DNA of 63,332 nucleotides, filler included, from Octopus bimaculoides (GCF_001194135.2; 5 parts of 4 records of this genome joined end to end with filler, not necessarily neighbours in it); one strand, 5' to 3'. Shown: positions 23,290 to 37,989, counted from the first letter of the whole stretch. A program made the numbers and translations. The notes: generated by a model not told the origin, from the sequence alone.

Positions 23290-23980
23290 CCGGTTTCGAC
23301 CATTCCCATTGTTGTGATTCAACCTCCTCTGACCAGGGAGCTGAACGATCGAGCAGATATATCATCAAAGGCGTTCCAACTTTGACCATCATACCGTCTT
23401 TTATTCAAATATTACATCTAACATTACATTAAACAATGTGGCCTACATATTTTTTTCCTTTTGTAAATACAGTAAAAATGTGATTTTGAGTGTGATTTCG
23501 CTGCTATTTCTAACATCTTGAATGGCTATGTATATCTCAGATGTGATCTGAGGAAATTTTAGCTGTTATTTCTGGAAAAGTCGAGCGGCTTGCTCGAATC
23601 ATAGCGGTTGTTATTGTTGATGTTAGCCGTGATCGAGCAGAACTGAGACCAAAAGTCTTCCAGCTGTGACCAGCCTATCTTTTTCCCCTATATACAAGAA
23701 ATTTAGCCCCACATTACCCTAAGTGTTCTTTTCCTAAAGAGGTTACGATGTGATTTGAAGGAGATTTGAACGTTATTTCTAGCAAGTTTAGCGACCACGT
23801 TGAGGTTTGCTCGTCGGCGTTGTGACAGGAAGAACAACAAAAATACACACCCTCTTTGTTCTTGCTTTCTGTTAATCTCTTCAAGATACTTCCTTGTTAC
23901 GGGTGTTAAATTGTTGATGTTTGGCATTTTTTTAACCGCTAGTCAGACATGATCAAGCACATTCCAATCGTGCCCATCAC
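23290..23980. repeat. Cluster of fragments of a dispersed repeat (GCTATTTCTAGCAGGTCGAGCGACC / GATCAAAGGCATTCCAGC family)
   Basis: At least three partial copies here. Relatives at 3790-3930, 13790-13965, 32570-32670, 39160-39220, 40270-40320 and 41655-41725. Confidence 0.55.
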
Positions 23981-24215
23981 ATCTTTTCTTTTTTAGACAG
24001 TCTACATTATTCAATGTGCCCTTCCCTTTTGCAAGAGATTAGCGTATAATTCGAGCGATATTTAGCTACTGTTTTTAGCAAGTTCAGTGAGAATACGATT
24101 ATATAGAAATAACAGCCAATTCTCCCTCAAATAAAATTCTACCATCATAAAATCAGCAAGATACATTAGATAACGTAGTTTCAGATATATAGATATATGA
24201 GGTAAACGGCTATAC

Positions 24216-24273
<58 letters not shown>

Positions 24274-24777
24274 GTAATATGTGTATACATATATTGAATA
24301 TATATGTAACTATATTAAATATAATCATTTATATTGTATTATATGTATATATGCACACACACATATGTAGTATGCATATATTATAAACATAATACACACA
24401 TATATACATATGCATATATATATATATATATGCAAATATACATATGCATGCATACATGTATATATGTGCATATGCATACATGTATATATATATTTATATA
24501 TATATACTGTATATATATATGTATATATTTATATATGTATATATATGTGTATATATATGTATATATATATGTGTGTGTATATGTGTATATGTATATATAT
24601 GTATATATATATGTGTGTGTATATGTGTATATGTATATATATGTATATATATATGTGTGTGTGTATATATATATATGTATATATTTATATATATGTATAT
24701 ATATTTATATATATGTATATATATTTATATATATTTATATGTATATATTTATATATTTGTATAAATATTTATATATG

Positions 24778-24832
<55 letters not shown>

Positions 24833-24855
24833 GCATACATATATGTATAAATATA

Positions 24856-24887
<32 letters not shown>

Positions 24888-24944
24888 CATATACACACAC
24901 ACACACATTATCACTCTCTCTCTATATGTGTGTATGAGTCAGTG

Positions 24945-24982
<38 letters not shown>

Positions 24983-25720
24983 TATCAAAAAAAGTATGAA
25001 AGGTCCTTTCTGAGCCATGGGCTCATAAGGCTGCTTTCCTGGATTCTGTGGCGTAAATATTTCCCCACTGAATGGGATGCCGATCAATCACAGGATTTAC
25101 TCATTTTTTGCCAGCTGAGTGGACTGGAGCAACATGAAATGAAGTGTTTTGCTCATGAACACTACACATCTCCTGGTCCTAGAAATGAAACCACAACCTT
25201 ATGAGTAAGAGTGCAGCACCCTAACCACTAAACCATGTGTCTCCAGATGGATACATTCATTCATACATGTATATATATTTATACACACGCTCTCTCTCTC
25301 AGATTTTTTATGTCTGTGGCTGGATACCTTTCCTGTTTCCAAGCTTGGTAATATTTCCCTGTGGGTAGGCTTGTTGTTATGGGAAATTAGAAACAGCTAA
25401 CGCCACTTATGCAAAGTTGATACTCATTTACTCATTTACAAGCATCATGCAATGGTCAAGATGATGGAATACAGACTCACACATACACACACACACATGT
25501 ACAAGACAAGCTTCTTTCAGTTTTGGAATCCTTTCATAACTCTTTGGTCAACCCAGGATGACTGTAGTATGGATTTTCCTGCGGTGCCATGCTGTGGATT
25601 GTGCCAGAAACCACGTGGCTATGGAACAAACTTTGTAATTATACATCCATAATATATATAGTTGTCTAAAAATCCATAAGTCAGGAAAAACAGGTACTCG
25701 TATTGGTTAACAGAGTGGAT

Positions 25721-25954
25721 ATATCATTATTAATAAAAGACAATATTATATTCTCATATCAGCTAATTTACCAATTGGTTTCATGACTCTGTCTCTGGAG
25801 GTCTGTAAATTTCCAGTAGCAAAGAGCCCATGCCATACCAGTGTTTTCAACCGTATCTGATGATTGCAAAGTTTTCCCAACATGTAGTATGAAACTGATA
25901 TTGAAATTAGCTGATATGAGAATATGATATTGCATTTTATTATTAATAATGATA
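25721..25954. mobile_element. Foldback MITE
   Basis: 22-bp perfect inverted repeat 25748-25769/25904-25925, extending imperfectly to about 50 bp. Confidence 0.65.
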
Positions 25955-27439
25955 ATTGCTTGAGGTTTTGGTGCAAAGCCAGCATTTTTTTAGTGGGAGG
26001 GTATTACTTGACTGGTACTTTATTTTATTGACCTGGAAAAGATGGCAGCCAAAGTTGACCTTGGCAGAAATTGTGCCCAGAATGTGAAGTGTGGGAAGAA
26101 AAGCCACTAAGCATTTTGTCCAATGGGCTAACAAGTTTGCCTGCACACTGCCTTAGTCGTAATAGTAATAAAAATAACAACAACGATAATAATAATAATA
26201 ATAATAATAATTATAATAGCAATAATAATAATCTTCATTGGCCACAAGGGCCAAATACAAATATACATATATAAGTATTGATTGTAATATATATAACGTA
26301 ATATGATATAGATTTATATTACATTTTATTAAGAAAATATATATATATATATATATATATGTATATTGTATATATATNNNNNNNNNNNNNNNNNNNNNNN
26401 NNNNNNNNNNNNNNNNNNNNNNNNNNNNNNNNNNNNNNNNNNNNNNNNNNNNNNNNNNNNNNNNNNNNNNNNNNNNNNNNNNNNNNNNNNNNNNNNNNNN
26501 NNNNNNNNNNNNNNNNNNNNNNNNNNNNNNNNNNNNNNNNNNNNNNNNNNNNNNNNNNNNNNNNNNNNNNNNNNNNNNNNNNNNNNNNNNNNNNNNNNNN
26601 NNNNNNNNNNCAACATATTATTACTTCAAAGAAGCAATATCCATGACAGGAATGAGTGTGCATAAAGATAAAGTGGCCAGAATGAAAGTCCAGAGCAAAT
26701 CGTTTAGAAGAATAAAAAGTAAAGACCTCGCTGATATTTCAAATTTCTACGGATGTATTTTAACTGTGGAACACAAGCATCACTATCCCTATCCATGTAA
26801 TCATTACATAATTCATAAAAAATATTTGATTTATTAATTTGATAGGGTTCACCATTTCATCAGGAAATAAAAATGAAAATTAAAACTCTGTTGGTGTTTT
26901 AAATTTGGCAGTGCTGATTGGTGTTTTGACTGCCTTACTTTAATTTTATTTCCTGGTGAAATGCTTTACTCATCTCAGTCAAATTGATTATGTATTTTTA
27001 TGTATTAATTAAGGAATCATTATATGGATGATGGTTTGTATTTTCACTGAAGAAACTGCTGTAGAGCTTATTTTGAAATAACATTTAGATCTTTGCTTTT
27101 TATTCATATATATGTATATATAATCGAGGAAACAATTGTAAATCAATGAAATAAAAGGACTTGCTCACTCCATTATCCTTGGTTATAACTGAAGAAACTC
27201 TGTGAATGTTTGTAGATTTTCATCCAGTTGTCTGATAGCCTGGACCTGCGAATGAGCTTTATAGGGCAAACTCCAGGGTTTACACCCAAATGAAATGATT
27301 ATAAATATATGTGTGTGTATATATATATATATATATCTTTATCTTTTAATTTTTCCAGTCCATTACATGTGGCTATACTGGTGCTCCGCCATTGGTGTAC
27401 TACAGTTTTACTGATATTTCATTTTTTTTTAGTTGGCAT

Positions 27440-29520
27440 TTGGTGAATGAGGGAGTTCAAAGTTGCTGCCTTCCGTTGTGTTTCTTGACGTGAATTTGGC
27501 TCATCAGGAATTCTAGACAGCAGAAGGCCCAGTTGTGTTTTGAAAACATCACCATCCACACCATGTACATCTCTTAAATCTTTCAGTAAGATATTGAAAA
27601 GCTGTGGGCCTTTGAACCCTAAACTATTTCAGTATCTGGTCCTAAATCCTGATGATGAGGATGAAATCTTTGGTGCTATGCAGTTGCACCCTGTTCAGGG
27701 ATCAGCATAGTTTCCAGTGCCAAGGTTTGGTGCAAGCCTTTTTCAAGATCTTCCAGATATATGTTTCTGCATATCTTTTCTGTTTTTGCTCTAAGGAATA
27801 AAGTCCTAACTTTTTCAGCCTTTCCCTGCAGCATTTAGATAATCTTCACGTAGCAGCATTGGATTACTTCAAGATCTACCATTAATTTTGCACTACATGG
27901 TGATCCCAATTGGAAGCAACATTGCAAACAATAATCTGAGATTATTGCTTGCAATAGCTGAGGATCATCACAGTCGTCTGCTCTCTTGTTCTGATTGTCG
28001 CAAGGATCCATCCAGCTAGTTGTCTACATTGCATTGTCATTTTAGTAATATACACATGAAAAGATGCATCATTACTCATGTCAATGCTCAGGTGACTTTA
28101 TGATTGTGATTTTGGCACTGCAGCCCCTCCTGGTTCAGTGTATTTTGCATGCCTTGCACTTAACTTTGTGTACTGAGAATAGAGGGCTTGGAATTTTTCT
28201 GCATTAAATTGCATATCATTTTGTTCAGCTACTTATACATAACCTTAAGTCATGCTGCAAGTGCATAGCATCTCCAAGGTTCATCATCTGTGATACTTTT
28301 GTATTGCCTGCACAGCTTGTGAGAATGGTTATCTACGTAGCTGATAGGAGATCTCTGAGAGAGCCATTTTGAACAGTACTAGCCCCAAGTTAGCACCCTG
28401 TTAAACACCATTCACTGTTATTGTTTCCTAGGAGATGGTCCCATTGGCTACAGCTGCCTGTCTTCTGTTTTTCTAAGAGCCATGTAATCACCACCCTAGT
28501 TTTCCAACTATGCTAAGATCATGCAGTTTGTGGCATATCATTCCATGATCAACTCTATCAAAGGTTTTCACAAAGTTGGTATATACCACATCTCACATTC
28601 GAGTAGCTGAGAAACTGTTTTAACACCCAGTTGTAAGTTTTGTAGGAGCTGTGTCAGGCAGCTTCTTCCTGGTTGAAAGCTGTGTTGGATGTTCATTAGC
28701 AAGCTGTTTTCAAGGAACATGATTAATTTCCTTCTGATAATTTGTCCATCCATTAATTTTGCTGAGGTCAGTGAAATGGGACTGTAGTTTTTGGCATCTG
28801 CTCTGCTTCTCCCTCTGTGAACAGGGCATATTTTGTCTTGTTGTAACTTGCATGGAAGCTTGTCATCTGCAAGGAAGCTCTGGAAGAGAGACTGCAGTGG
28901 TTTTGCTTGGGCTCATTTACATGTTCTTAGAAGGTTTGCTGGAAATTCATCAGGGCCTGTAGCTGAGTTTAGGCCTATCTAATATATGGCCAGTATCACA
29001 TCTTTTATATTGATGCAATCAGTTATTACTGCCTCCCAATGTGCAGTTGTTATGGAAAAGAACTCATCTGGTTTGCTTCATTGTATGTGCCCTAGGGAGC
29101 AGTCAAAAACACTTTTGAATTACTCATTCAGCATTTCGCTTATCCTTTTGGGGTTTGCAGTCAGGAAGCCATTTTCTTAGAAGAGTGGCTCTATCTTGCA
29201 ATGCATTGAGGCTATTTCTCTAGCATATTTAACAAAAGCTTTAGGATTTGTTTTTATATTTTCTTTAAACCTATCTTCTTTATCTACTTTTTCATTTGCA
29301 TGGGAATGTTGCAGATTTTTCTCAATCTCCAGCAGTGTCCTTTTTAAATGGGATTTTTCCCTGTCTTTCGTCTGTTTATTTAGCTAGATTGCAATCTATT
29401 CTCTGTCTCTTTGGTACAATGCAGTAGAGTCCAGTTCAGTGGTTGGTATCGCTTTTAATTCCAAAGTTGGGTACTAGACCTTCCAGGATCTTCTATATAT
29501 ATCATTGCATATCTTTTGCA
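27440..29520 (-). mobile_element. CR1/L2-group LINE ORF2 remnant (reverse transcriptase pseudogene)
   Basis: Minus-strand motifs KTNPKAFVKYA, SATGPDEFP, AKNYSPISLTS, QHSFQPGRSCLTQLL, YTNFVKTFDRVDHG, GV*QGANLGLVLF, NDMQFNAEKFQ and the C-terminal GPQLFNILLKDLR...IPDEP. Many stops and frameshifts. Confidence 0.9.
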
Positions 29521-29855
29521 TCTTTTCTCTATGTATGTGTGTATGAATATGTATCTATAAGGCAGTGAGCTGGCTGAATCATTAGTAATACTTCTTTCAG
29601 CGCTTTAAGGCGACGAGCTGACAGATTCATCACCACGCCAGGCTTTGTGTTGTTCACTAGTTTGCTGGAACCAGTGTGTGAAGCTGAGAGAGGAATATGT
29701 TGAATAAAATCATAATTAACTGATACCCCCGTATATTCTTTTACCCCAAACCAGGAAATTTTCAGCACCCTCACAACCCCACAATTGTAAGCCTGACACT
29801 CTAACCACTGAGCCATCTGCCTTCACACATACATACATACATATGTGTGATACAC

Positions 29856-29903
<48 letters not shown>

Positions 29904-30383
29904 TATACCTGTATAATATATACATATATATGTATATCATCATTGATATACTATATACTGGTAAAATAAATATAATATATACATATGTATGAATATCATA
30001 CATATGTAGTATATATGTGTGTATATATTTGTACATAAATTGTATATACACATTTCATATGTATATACACACTTATTGTTTTATATATCTATGTATTCAT
30101 ATTTCATATACATGCACTCATATAATATTTTATACATATATCTATATATATATGCATATTGTACATATACATAAACACACATATAGACATAATATAAATA
30201 TTATGTATATATGTTTTATAATATATATCAAATGTATAAATAGTATATATTATATAGGATATATGTATATATGTATGAAATAAATACAATACATATAGTA
30301 TGCATATAAAATACATAACTAAAATATATATTTTGTTTTATATACATATATATCAGAGATATATATATGTTATATATAAAATG

Positions 30384-30423
<40 letters not shown>

Positions 30424-32707
30424 NNNNNNNNNNNNNNNNNNNNNNNNNNNNNNNNNNNNNNNNNNNNNNNNNNNNNNNNNNNNNNNNNNNNNNNNNNNNN
30501 NNNNNNNNNNNNNNNNNNNNNNNNNNNNNNNNNNNNNNNNNNNNNNNNNNNNNNNNNNNNNNNNNNNNNNNNNNNNNNNNNNNNNNNNNNNNNNNNNNNN
30601 NNNNNNNNNNNNNNNNNNNNNNNNNNNNNNNNNNNNNNNNNNNNNNNNNNNNNNNNNNNNNNNNNNNNNNNNNNNNNNNNNNNNNNNNNNNNNNNNNNNN
30701 NNNNNNNNNNNNNNNNNNNNNNNNNNNNNNNNNNNNNNNNNNNNNNNNNNNNNNNNNNNNNNNNNNNNNNNNNNNNNNNNNNNNNNNNNNNNNNNNNNNN
30801 NNNNNNNNNNNNNNNNNNNNNNNNNNNNNNNNNNNNNNNNNNNNNNNNNNNNNNNNNNNNNNNNNNNNNNNNNNNNNNNNNNNNNNNNNNNNNNNNNNNN
30901 NNNNNNNNNNNNNNNNNNNNNNNNNNNNNNNNNNNNNNNNNNNNNNNNNNNNNNNNNNNNNNNNNNNNNNNNNNNNNNNNNNNNNNNNNNNNNNNNNNNN
31001 NNNNNNNNNNNNNNNNNNNNNNNNNNNNNNNNNNNNNNNNNNNNNNNNNNNNNNNNNNNNNNNNNNNNNNNNNNNNNNNNNNNNNNNNNNNNNNNNNNNN
31101 NNNNNNNNNNNNNNNNNNNNNNNNNNNNNNNNNNNNNNNNNNNNNNNNNNNNNNNNNNNNNNNNNNNNNNNNNNNNNNNNNNNNNNNNNNNNNNNNNNNN
31201 NNNNNNNNNNNNNNNNNNNNNNNNNNNNNNNNNNNNNNNNNNNNNNNNNNNNNNNNNNNNNNNNNNNNNNNNNNNNNNNNNNNNNNNNNNNNNNNNNNNN
31301 NNNNNNNNNNNNNNNNNNNNNNNNNNNNNNNNNNNNNNNNNAAAAGAGGTCGATAGAATAAGTACTAGGCTTTCAAAGAATAAGTCCTGTTGTCGATTTG
31401 TTTGACTAAAGGCGGTGCTCCAGCATGACCTCAGTCAAATGACAGAAACGAGTAAAAGAGTAAAAGAGAATATATATATATATATATATATAAAACTAAA
31501 AAAAAAAAAAAAACTGGCTGGCTGGCTAGAACGTCAATGGTTTAAGGTTTTGGGGTTGCTAGTAGACTGGTCTAAGTAACATTGTTATCATTTTTGTGAT
31601 AGTTTCCAGATCAGAGAAGACACTGCCAGAGATGGCAGTGGAAGATAGCACGGGGAGCTGAGAGGAAGAAGGATGACTACTGCTTTGTTGTCGTCGTAGT
31701 TACCGAAACAGCTGTCTCCTAAGAGATTGCAATGTTTTCAGCTAAAAATGAGATCTCTACATGTTTGTGTGTGTGTGTGTGTGTGTAGGTGTAGGTGTGA
31801 GGTAGGGTGGGTGAGAAGGATTTGTAGAGAAAACACCTTGGGAAAACGTGTTTTGGTTGTGGAACTATAGTAAGACAAACAAAAACGATTGGTTTTTTTG
31901 TGTGGTTTATTTGAGCTATCACAATGTAGCTCATACTAGAGTACCACATTTTGTAAGCATGTATGTATGTATGTGTGTATGTATACACATACACGCGCGC
32001 TTAGATACAAGTGTTTGTATATATAATTGTGTGTGTGCGTATGTGAACAATAAGTGACGTGAAATCCAATAACAAATTCTTCGAGAATCTTCAGACTTTG
32101 ATAAAATACACCTATACTTTGTGTCTGCTAAGCAATTTTTCATTCTTGTTTGTAAACACACGCTCATCACTAAACACACACACACACACACATGGAGTCT
32201 TTAAACTATTTTTTGAATGAGGTCTGCTCTCATTCATTTAACTAGTTTTTATTTATTTATTTATTCATTTATTTATCTATATTAATTTATTTATTTATCT
32301 ATTTATTTATGGAAAGAAATTGTTATTATTCTAAGATGTTCACGAATTATTTACGTTAGTTTCGGAGTGAGCGGAGACGCATAAAATGCTGAACTGTTAT
32401 GAACGAAAAATGTTTATTGTTTTGAAGATTCTGCTTGTAATGGGAAAAAATAGCTTTGTTATTGAAGCTTTGTCACCACCATTACGACCATCACCGCCAT
32501 CATCACGATCATCATCATCAACATCACCTTCAACGAGCCAATCTCTACGTAGTCGCTTGATCTGCTAAAAATAGCCACTAAATCTCCCTGCCGACTTGCA
32601 AACGTAAGACATACCAGTGTCTCTGAGAAGGTTGTAGTGGCCATGGCTGGAATGCCTTTTCACTATAGGCTTTCTCAGTGACGAATATCATCATCTCATC
32701 CAGACGT

Positions 32708-32900
32708 CATCATCATCATCATCATCATCATACTAACCATCCTCTTTCTCACCATCAGTCATCACTACTACCATCATTCTCGTCGTCATCATCATCGTCA
32801 TCATCATCATCATCATCCTCATCATCATCCTAACCATCCTCTTTCTCACTATCAATCATCACTACCACCATCTTTCTCGTCATCATCATCATCATCATCA
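32708..32900. repeat. Tandem duplication of a (CAT)n-containing unit of about 108 bp
   Basis: CTAACCATCCTCTTTCTCAC..ATCA.TCATCACTAC.ACCATC.TTCTCGTC occurs twice. Confidence 0.8.
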
Positions 32901-33162
32901 TCTCTTTTTGTCTTTGTAAGAAATCCTCAATGATTTTTGTTAGAGAAATTACAAGAATGTTCGTTTCGTTTTGGTCAGTACTAAATGAAAAAGAAGAACA
33001 AAGAAATTGATAAAGAATCTCTGATATTTGGTACCAGAGTGCTTGTCGATGAATGGCATCGACCCCAGTATTTGACTGGTATTTTTACCCGGCCTACAAA
33101 GGTGAAGTCCGATCTCTTACAAGAAACGCATTTTATTTATTTATTTCTTTATAATAATAATC

Positions 33163-33550
33163 CTTTCTACTATAGGCACAAGGCCTGAAATTTGGTGGGA
33201 AGGGACTAGTCTATTACATCGACTCCAGTGCTCAATCGGTACTTAATTTATTGACCCTGAAAGGATGAAAGGCAAAGTCAACCTCGGCGGAATTTGAACT
33301 CAGAACGTAACGACGGACGAAACGCCGCTAAGCATTTTGCCCGTCGTGCTAACGATTCTGCCAGCTCGCCGCCTTAATAATAATAATAATGCTTTCTACT
33401 AAAGGCACAAGGCTTGAAATCTGGGGGGAGGGAAGGGACTAGTCTATTACGTCGACCCTAGTGTTTCACTGGTACTTAAATCTATTCACCCTGAAAGGAT
33501 GAAAGGCAAAGTCAACCTCGGCGGAATTTCAACACAGAACGTAATGATAA
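33163..33550 (-). mobile_element. SINE-A tandem dimer
   Basis: Two copies joined through (ATA)n. Confidence 0.85.
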
Positions 33551-33867
33551 CCTTTTAAGCCAACCAACCATAAGGATCCCACCTAGTTGTAAGGAACACG
33601 GTTGATTAAAACATTCTCGGTATTTGATTAACGGGGGTTATAATTGTATGACGAACTCAGAACATATGACAAATTCTTCACTTCTTCCTGCTTCTCTCGC
33701 AAAAGAGTTATCTTCTTTCTTTTTCCTCTCTTCATTTATTTTTGTTTTTGGTTCATTCCAATCCTTCACTCTTTTCCCTTCTCTTATGGTTATTTTTTTC
33801 GCTATCCATTCTCGTTGTATATGCATATGTTGGCTTAATCTCTCTTCCTATCACTCTGTTTCTTTCT

Positions 33868-33898
<31 letters not shown>

Positions 33899-34203
33899 CT
33901 TGAGAAGGTCCGTGAAAGACCACTTAACCTCGCAGTATCTTTTTTCTCCCCCAGCAGAAATGGAGTAGGGTTGATTGAATGTGCGGACAGCGACCTCTCC
34001 CTCTACTCATAGAAGAAAAAAAAAACTGCTAAGCTACTGGAACCGTCCAAGGACGGATCGATCGATGTGCATGTAAGTGTACTACAGAACGGAAATGAAG
34101 TAAGATGACTTATAGTGAAGACAAGTGCTGTATTCTGCTCCCTGTAAAGTTTATTTCGGCTCTTCTCATATAACGAATAATCATGAAACATACTTCACAT
34201 ATA

Positions 34204-34691
34204 CAATACCGGACCTCTTATCCGGCTACCAAAAATTCCGGAATACTGTGCAATAATATGCATTGAGTAAACACTTTATTTTCGAAGTTGGTTAATTTGC
34301 ATACAGTCTGTTAAAAGTAGTTTTGTTCCTTATTTTTTTTTATGTGAATTGATAAAGATTAAACATAATCTGCTTTAGAATTGTATTAATTTGTATCTGT
34401 AACCGTTAAATAAAATTGTATCCATTCCTTCATTTAACTTTCATCCTATAAATATTATAAACTGTATACAATGTATAGCATGATGTATTTTCCAGTGGAT
34501 TAATAAATATCAAACAGACCCGCGTTTAGAAATATATTAATTCGAATCTGTCAAATACAATTTAGCTCCCTACTTTTCATAGCTTATTCCTCATTTTGCG
34601 TATAAATTTAGACTGTCTCCAGAAAACCGGAAAATCCAGGAATCCAGGAGACTTCCGGCTTCAAGCTTGCTGGATAATTGGTTCGGTACTG
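34204..34691. mobile_element. pogo/Tigger-like MITE
   Basis: TA|CAATACCGGACCTCTTATCCGGC ... GCTGGATAATTGGTTCGGTACTG imperfect TIRs. Confidence 0.6.
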
Positions 34692-34698
34692 TTTAGAA

Positions 34699-34752
<54 letters not shown>

Positions 34753-35296
34753 TGCACCAGCCCATACTCGTAGCTACCTCTCTCTCTATTATAGTTCAGT
34801 TCACTACACTGTACTCAAATCACACTCACTCCCACTAGACGTGCACACAACCATTCACACTCCACATTGTGTGAAATTGCGCAGGCCCATGCAAAGTGTA
34901 GTGGCTGGAGGTCCCTACACTCCACGTGAAATGTAGGCTCCATTCAAACCTGCTCATTAGGTATTTTAATTTACCAGTGTTAATTAAGTACATATGATCT
35001 GTGTATGGGCTTTAATAGCAATACATGTAAGTTTTACGCAATCTGTTTATTACAAGTAACAATAGAATTTTAAAAAAAAGGGTTTGTTAAAAAGAAAAGG
35101 TAATGTTTTTTTGTTTATCGAAAGGTCCCCGACCCTATTCTCCCGTTCCACAGTAGGACTTCTCAAAATCGTAGGTCTGTGCCAACTGACCCATCTACTT
35201 CCCTCCTACATCCTGTTTTTGCCTTACTACACACACAGTCTGTCTGTCTGTCTGTCTCTCTCTCTCTATGTCTGTCTGTCTCTCTCTCTCTCTCTA

Positions 35297-35327
<31 letters not shown>

Positions 35328-36183
35328 GCTGCAGCGTGTTTCCCCAACTGATAAATTTCAATACTCCCCGACACCACCGACACTCAAAAAATGTATCTGA
35401 GATTTTTGCCCCCCAACTCCCCTCCCCTTTCTTATAATTAATGAGAAGACAAAAAATTAAGTTTTTGCATCCATATAACAAACACCTCACTTTTCTCTTC
35501 GTTCTTCGCCGTTGTTGTCGGGACAGCAATTGATTCCACCCCACACCCCACCGCACACTTTNNNNNNNNNNNNNNNNNNNNNNNNNNNNNNNNNNNNNNN
35601 NNNNNNNNNNNNNNNNNNNNNNNNNNNNNNNNNNNNNNNNNNNNNNNNNNNNNNNNNNNNNNNNNNNNNNNNNNNNNNNNNNNNNNNNNNNNNNNNNNNN
35701 NNNNNNNNNNNNNNNNNNNNNNNNNNNNNNNNNNNNNNNNNNNNNNNNNNNNNNNNNNNNNNNNNNNNNNNNNNNNNNNNNNNNNNNNNNNNNNNNNNNN
35801 NNNNNNNNNNNNNNNNNNNNNNNNNNNNNNNNNNNNNNNNNNNNNNNNNNNNNNNNNNNNNNNNNNNNNNNNNNNNNNNNNNNNNNNNNNNNNNNNNNNN
35901 NNNNNNNNNNNNNNNNNNNNNNNNNNNNNNNNNNNNNNNNNNNNNNNNNNNNNNNNNNNNNNNNNNNNNNNNNNNNNNNNNNNNNNNNNNNNNNNNNNNN
36001 NNNNNNNNNNNNNNNNNNNNNNNNNNNNNNNNNNNNNNNNNNNNNNNNNNNNNNNNNNNNNNNNNNNNNNNNNNNNNNNNNNNNNNNNNNNNNNNNNNNN
36101 NNNNNNNNNNNNNNNNNNNNNNNNNNNNNNNNNNNNNNNNNNNNNNNNNNNNNNNNNNNNNNNNNNNNNNNNNNNNNNNNNNN

Positions 36184-36226
<43 letters not shown>

Positions 36227-37389
36227 GTACACGCGCACACGAGTGTTGGTGGGTAAATCCGTGTTCCCCTGCCCCTATCAGATAAAATGTTTCTCTCCCC
36301 TCCTCCAACGTCCATGTTATCACCTGTTCCCAACCTTAGTAGCAAACCTATTTACCTACACCCTACCGTCTTGAATAACTAACGCCGAATACCCGTCTCC
36401 TATTCAATTACTTATGTACCCTCTTTAGTAACTGCCTAAGACGCCCCCCTCACTCTCTGTCTGTCTATCTCTCTCCCCACTACTATAGTTACTCTCTCTC
36501 TCTCTCTCTCTCTCTCTCCCACGTGACTATTCCTTGTACTTGTAAGCCAGCACCGTTGTACTCTCTTGTCACCACCTATTCCGACATTTGTGTTCCACCT
36601 TCCCCAATCTTCCTACGTTCACTTAGGGACAACACCGTGGATTCTTCTCTCAACATAACGGGCGTGGCTGGCTGCCTGGTTAAGAGGTTTGCTTCTCAAC
36701 TATGTAATCCTGGTTTCAGTCCCACTGCGCGGCACTTTGGGGAAGTGTCTTCTTTTATAAGCTTTGACACCGAACAAGGCCTTGTGAGTGGATTTGATAG
36801 CTGGAAACTGAAAGAAACCCGTCGTTTGTATGTATGCATGCATGCATGTATATATATATATATGTGTGTATACGTATGCATGTACGTTCGCTTTCTCTTT
36901 TTAATCTAGAATAAATTTTGATCAGTCAGCTGCTTGGTGCAGGAAAGCATCTTGCTTCGTTCATCATCCCTTAAATCTTAAGAAGGTCTTGCAGACTTTT
37001 ATAATCCCATTTCTCGCGATCATTTATAGTGTATGAATTTAGGATTTGCGTTCTCTCCCATCAAACTCATGTTCAGCCATACTCTGCTTCTGACGGGTTG
37101 GTATGTTTGTAGAGTCACAGTTTTAAGCCAATTAGATTTGTTTGAATCGGGCCCCTTGTCAAGAGGAGGTCTCGTGCACACGATCAAACGGAGGACACCA
37201 AGACGAATTTTTAATTTATCATTGTGGCTAATGGTAGAGACTCAATCCCTCAACTCTTTTTGGCTGGGACTGGTTCATTTCACGTAGCANNNNNNNNNNN
37301 NNNNNNNNNNNNNNNNNNNNNNNNNNNNNNNNNTTAATTAATTAANNNNNNNNNNNNNNNNNNNNNNNNNNNNNNNNNNNNNNNNNNNN

Positions 37390-37457
<68 letters not shown>

Positions 37458-37690
37458 ACGTGCGTGTGTGTGTGTCTGTCTATCTGTCTATCTATCTGTC
37501 TGTCCGTCTGTCTGTCTTCTGTCTGTCTGTATGTATGTATGTCTCTGTCTGCCTATTTATCTATTTGTCTGTCTGTCTATCTTTCTGTCAACCTGTCAAG
37601 CTGTCTGTCTCTGTCTCCCTGTTTATATCTCTATCTGCCTGTCTATCTGCCTCTCTACCTACCTACCTACCTACCTACCTACCTACCTAT

Positions 37691-37958
37691 CTGGGCCCTG
37701 GGATATGTAACACACTGCCTAAAAACCAATCTTGAGCAATTAGGCTTCTCAAAACCAGAAAGGATAAGGCTGGTTCGAAGACTACAGATGCAAGCCATGA
37801 CTGGAACTGTAAAAATTTTAAAAACTTTCCGGAGATTTATCATTTAAGTACATATGAGCACGTCTAGATATGCAAGTATATGCATGAGAAGACGTACATA
37901 AAACAAAACATACAAATCTGCACGTAAACATACGTACATATATACATACATACATACA

Positions 37959-37989
<31 letters not shown>

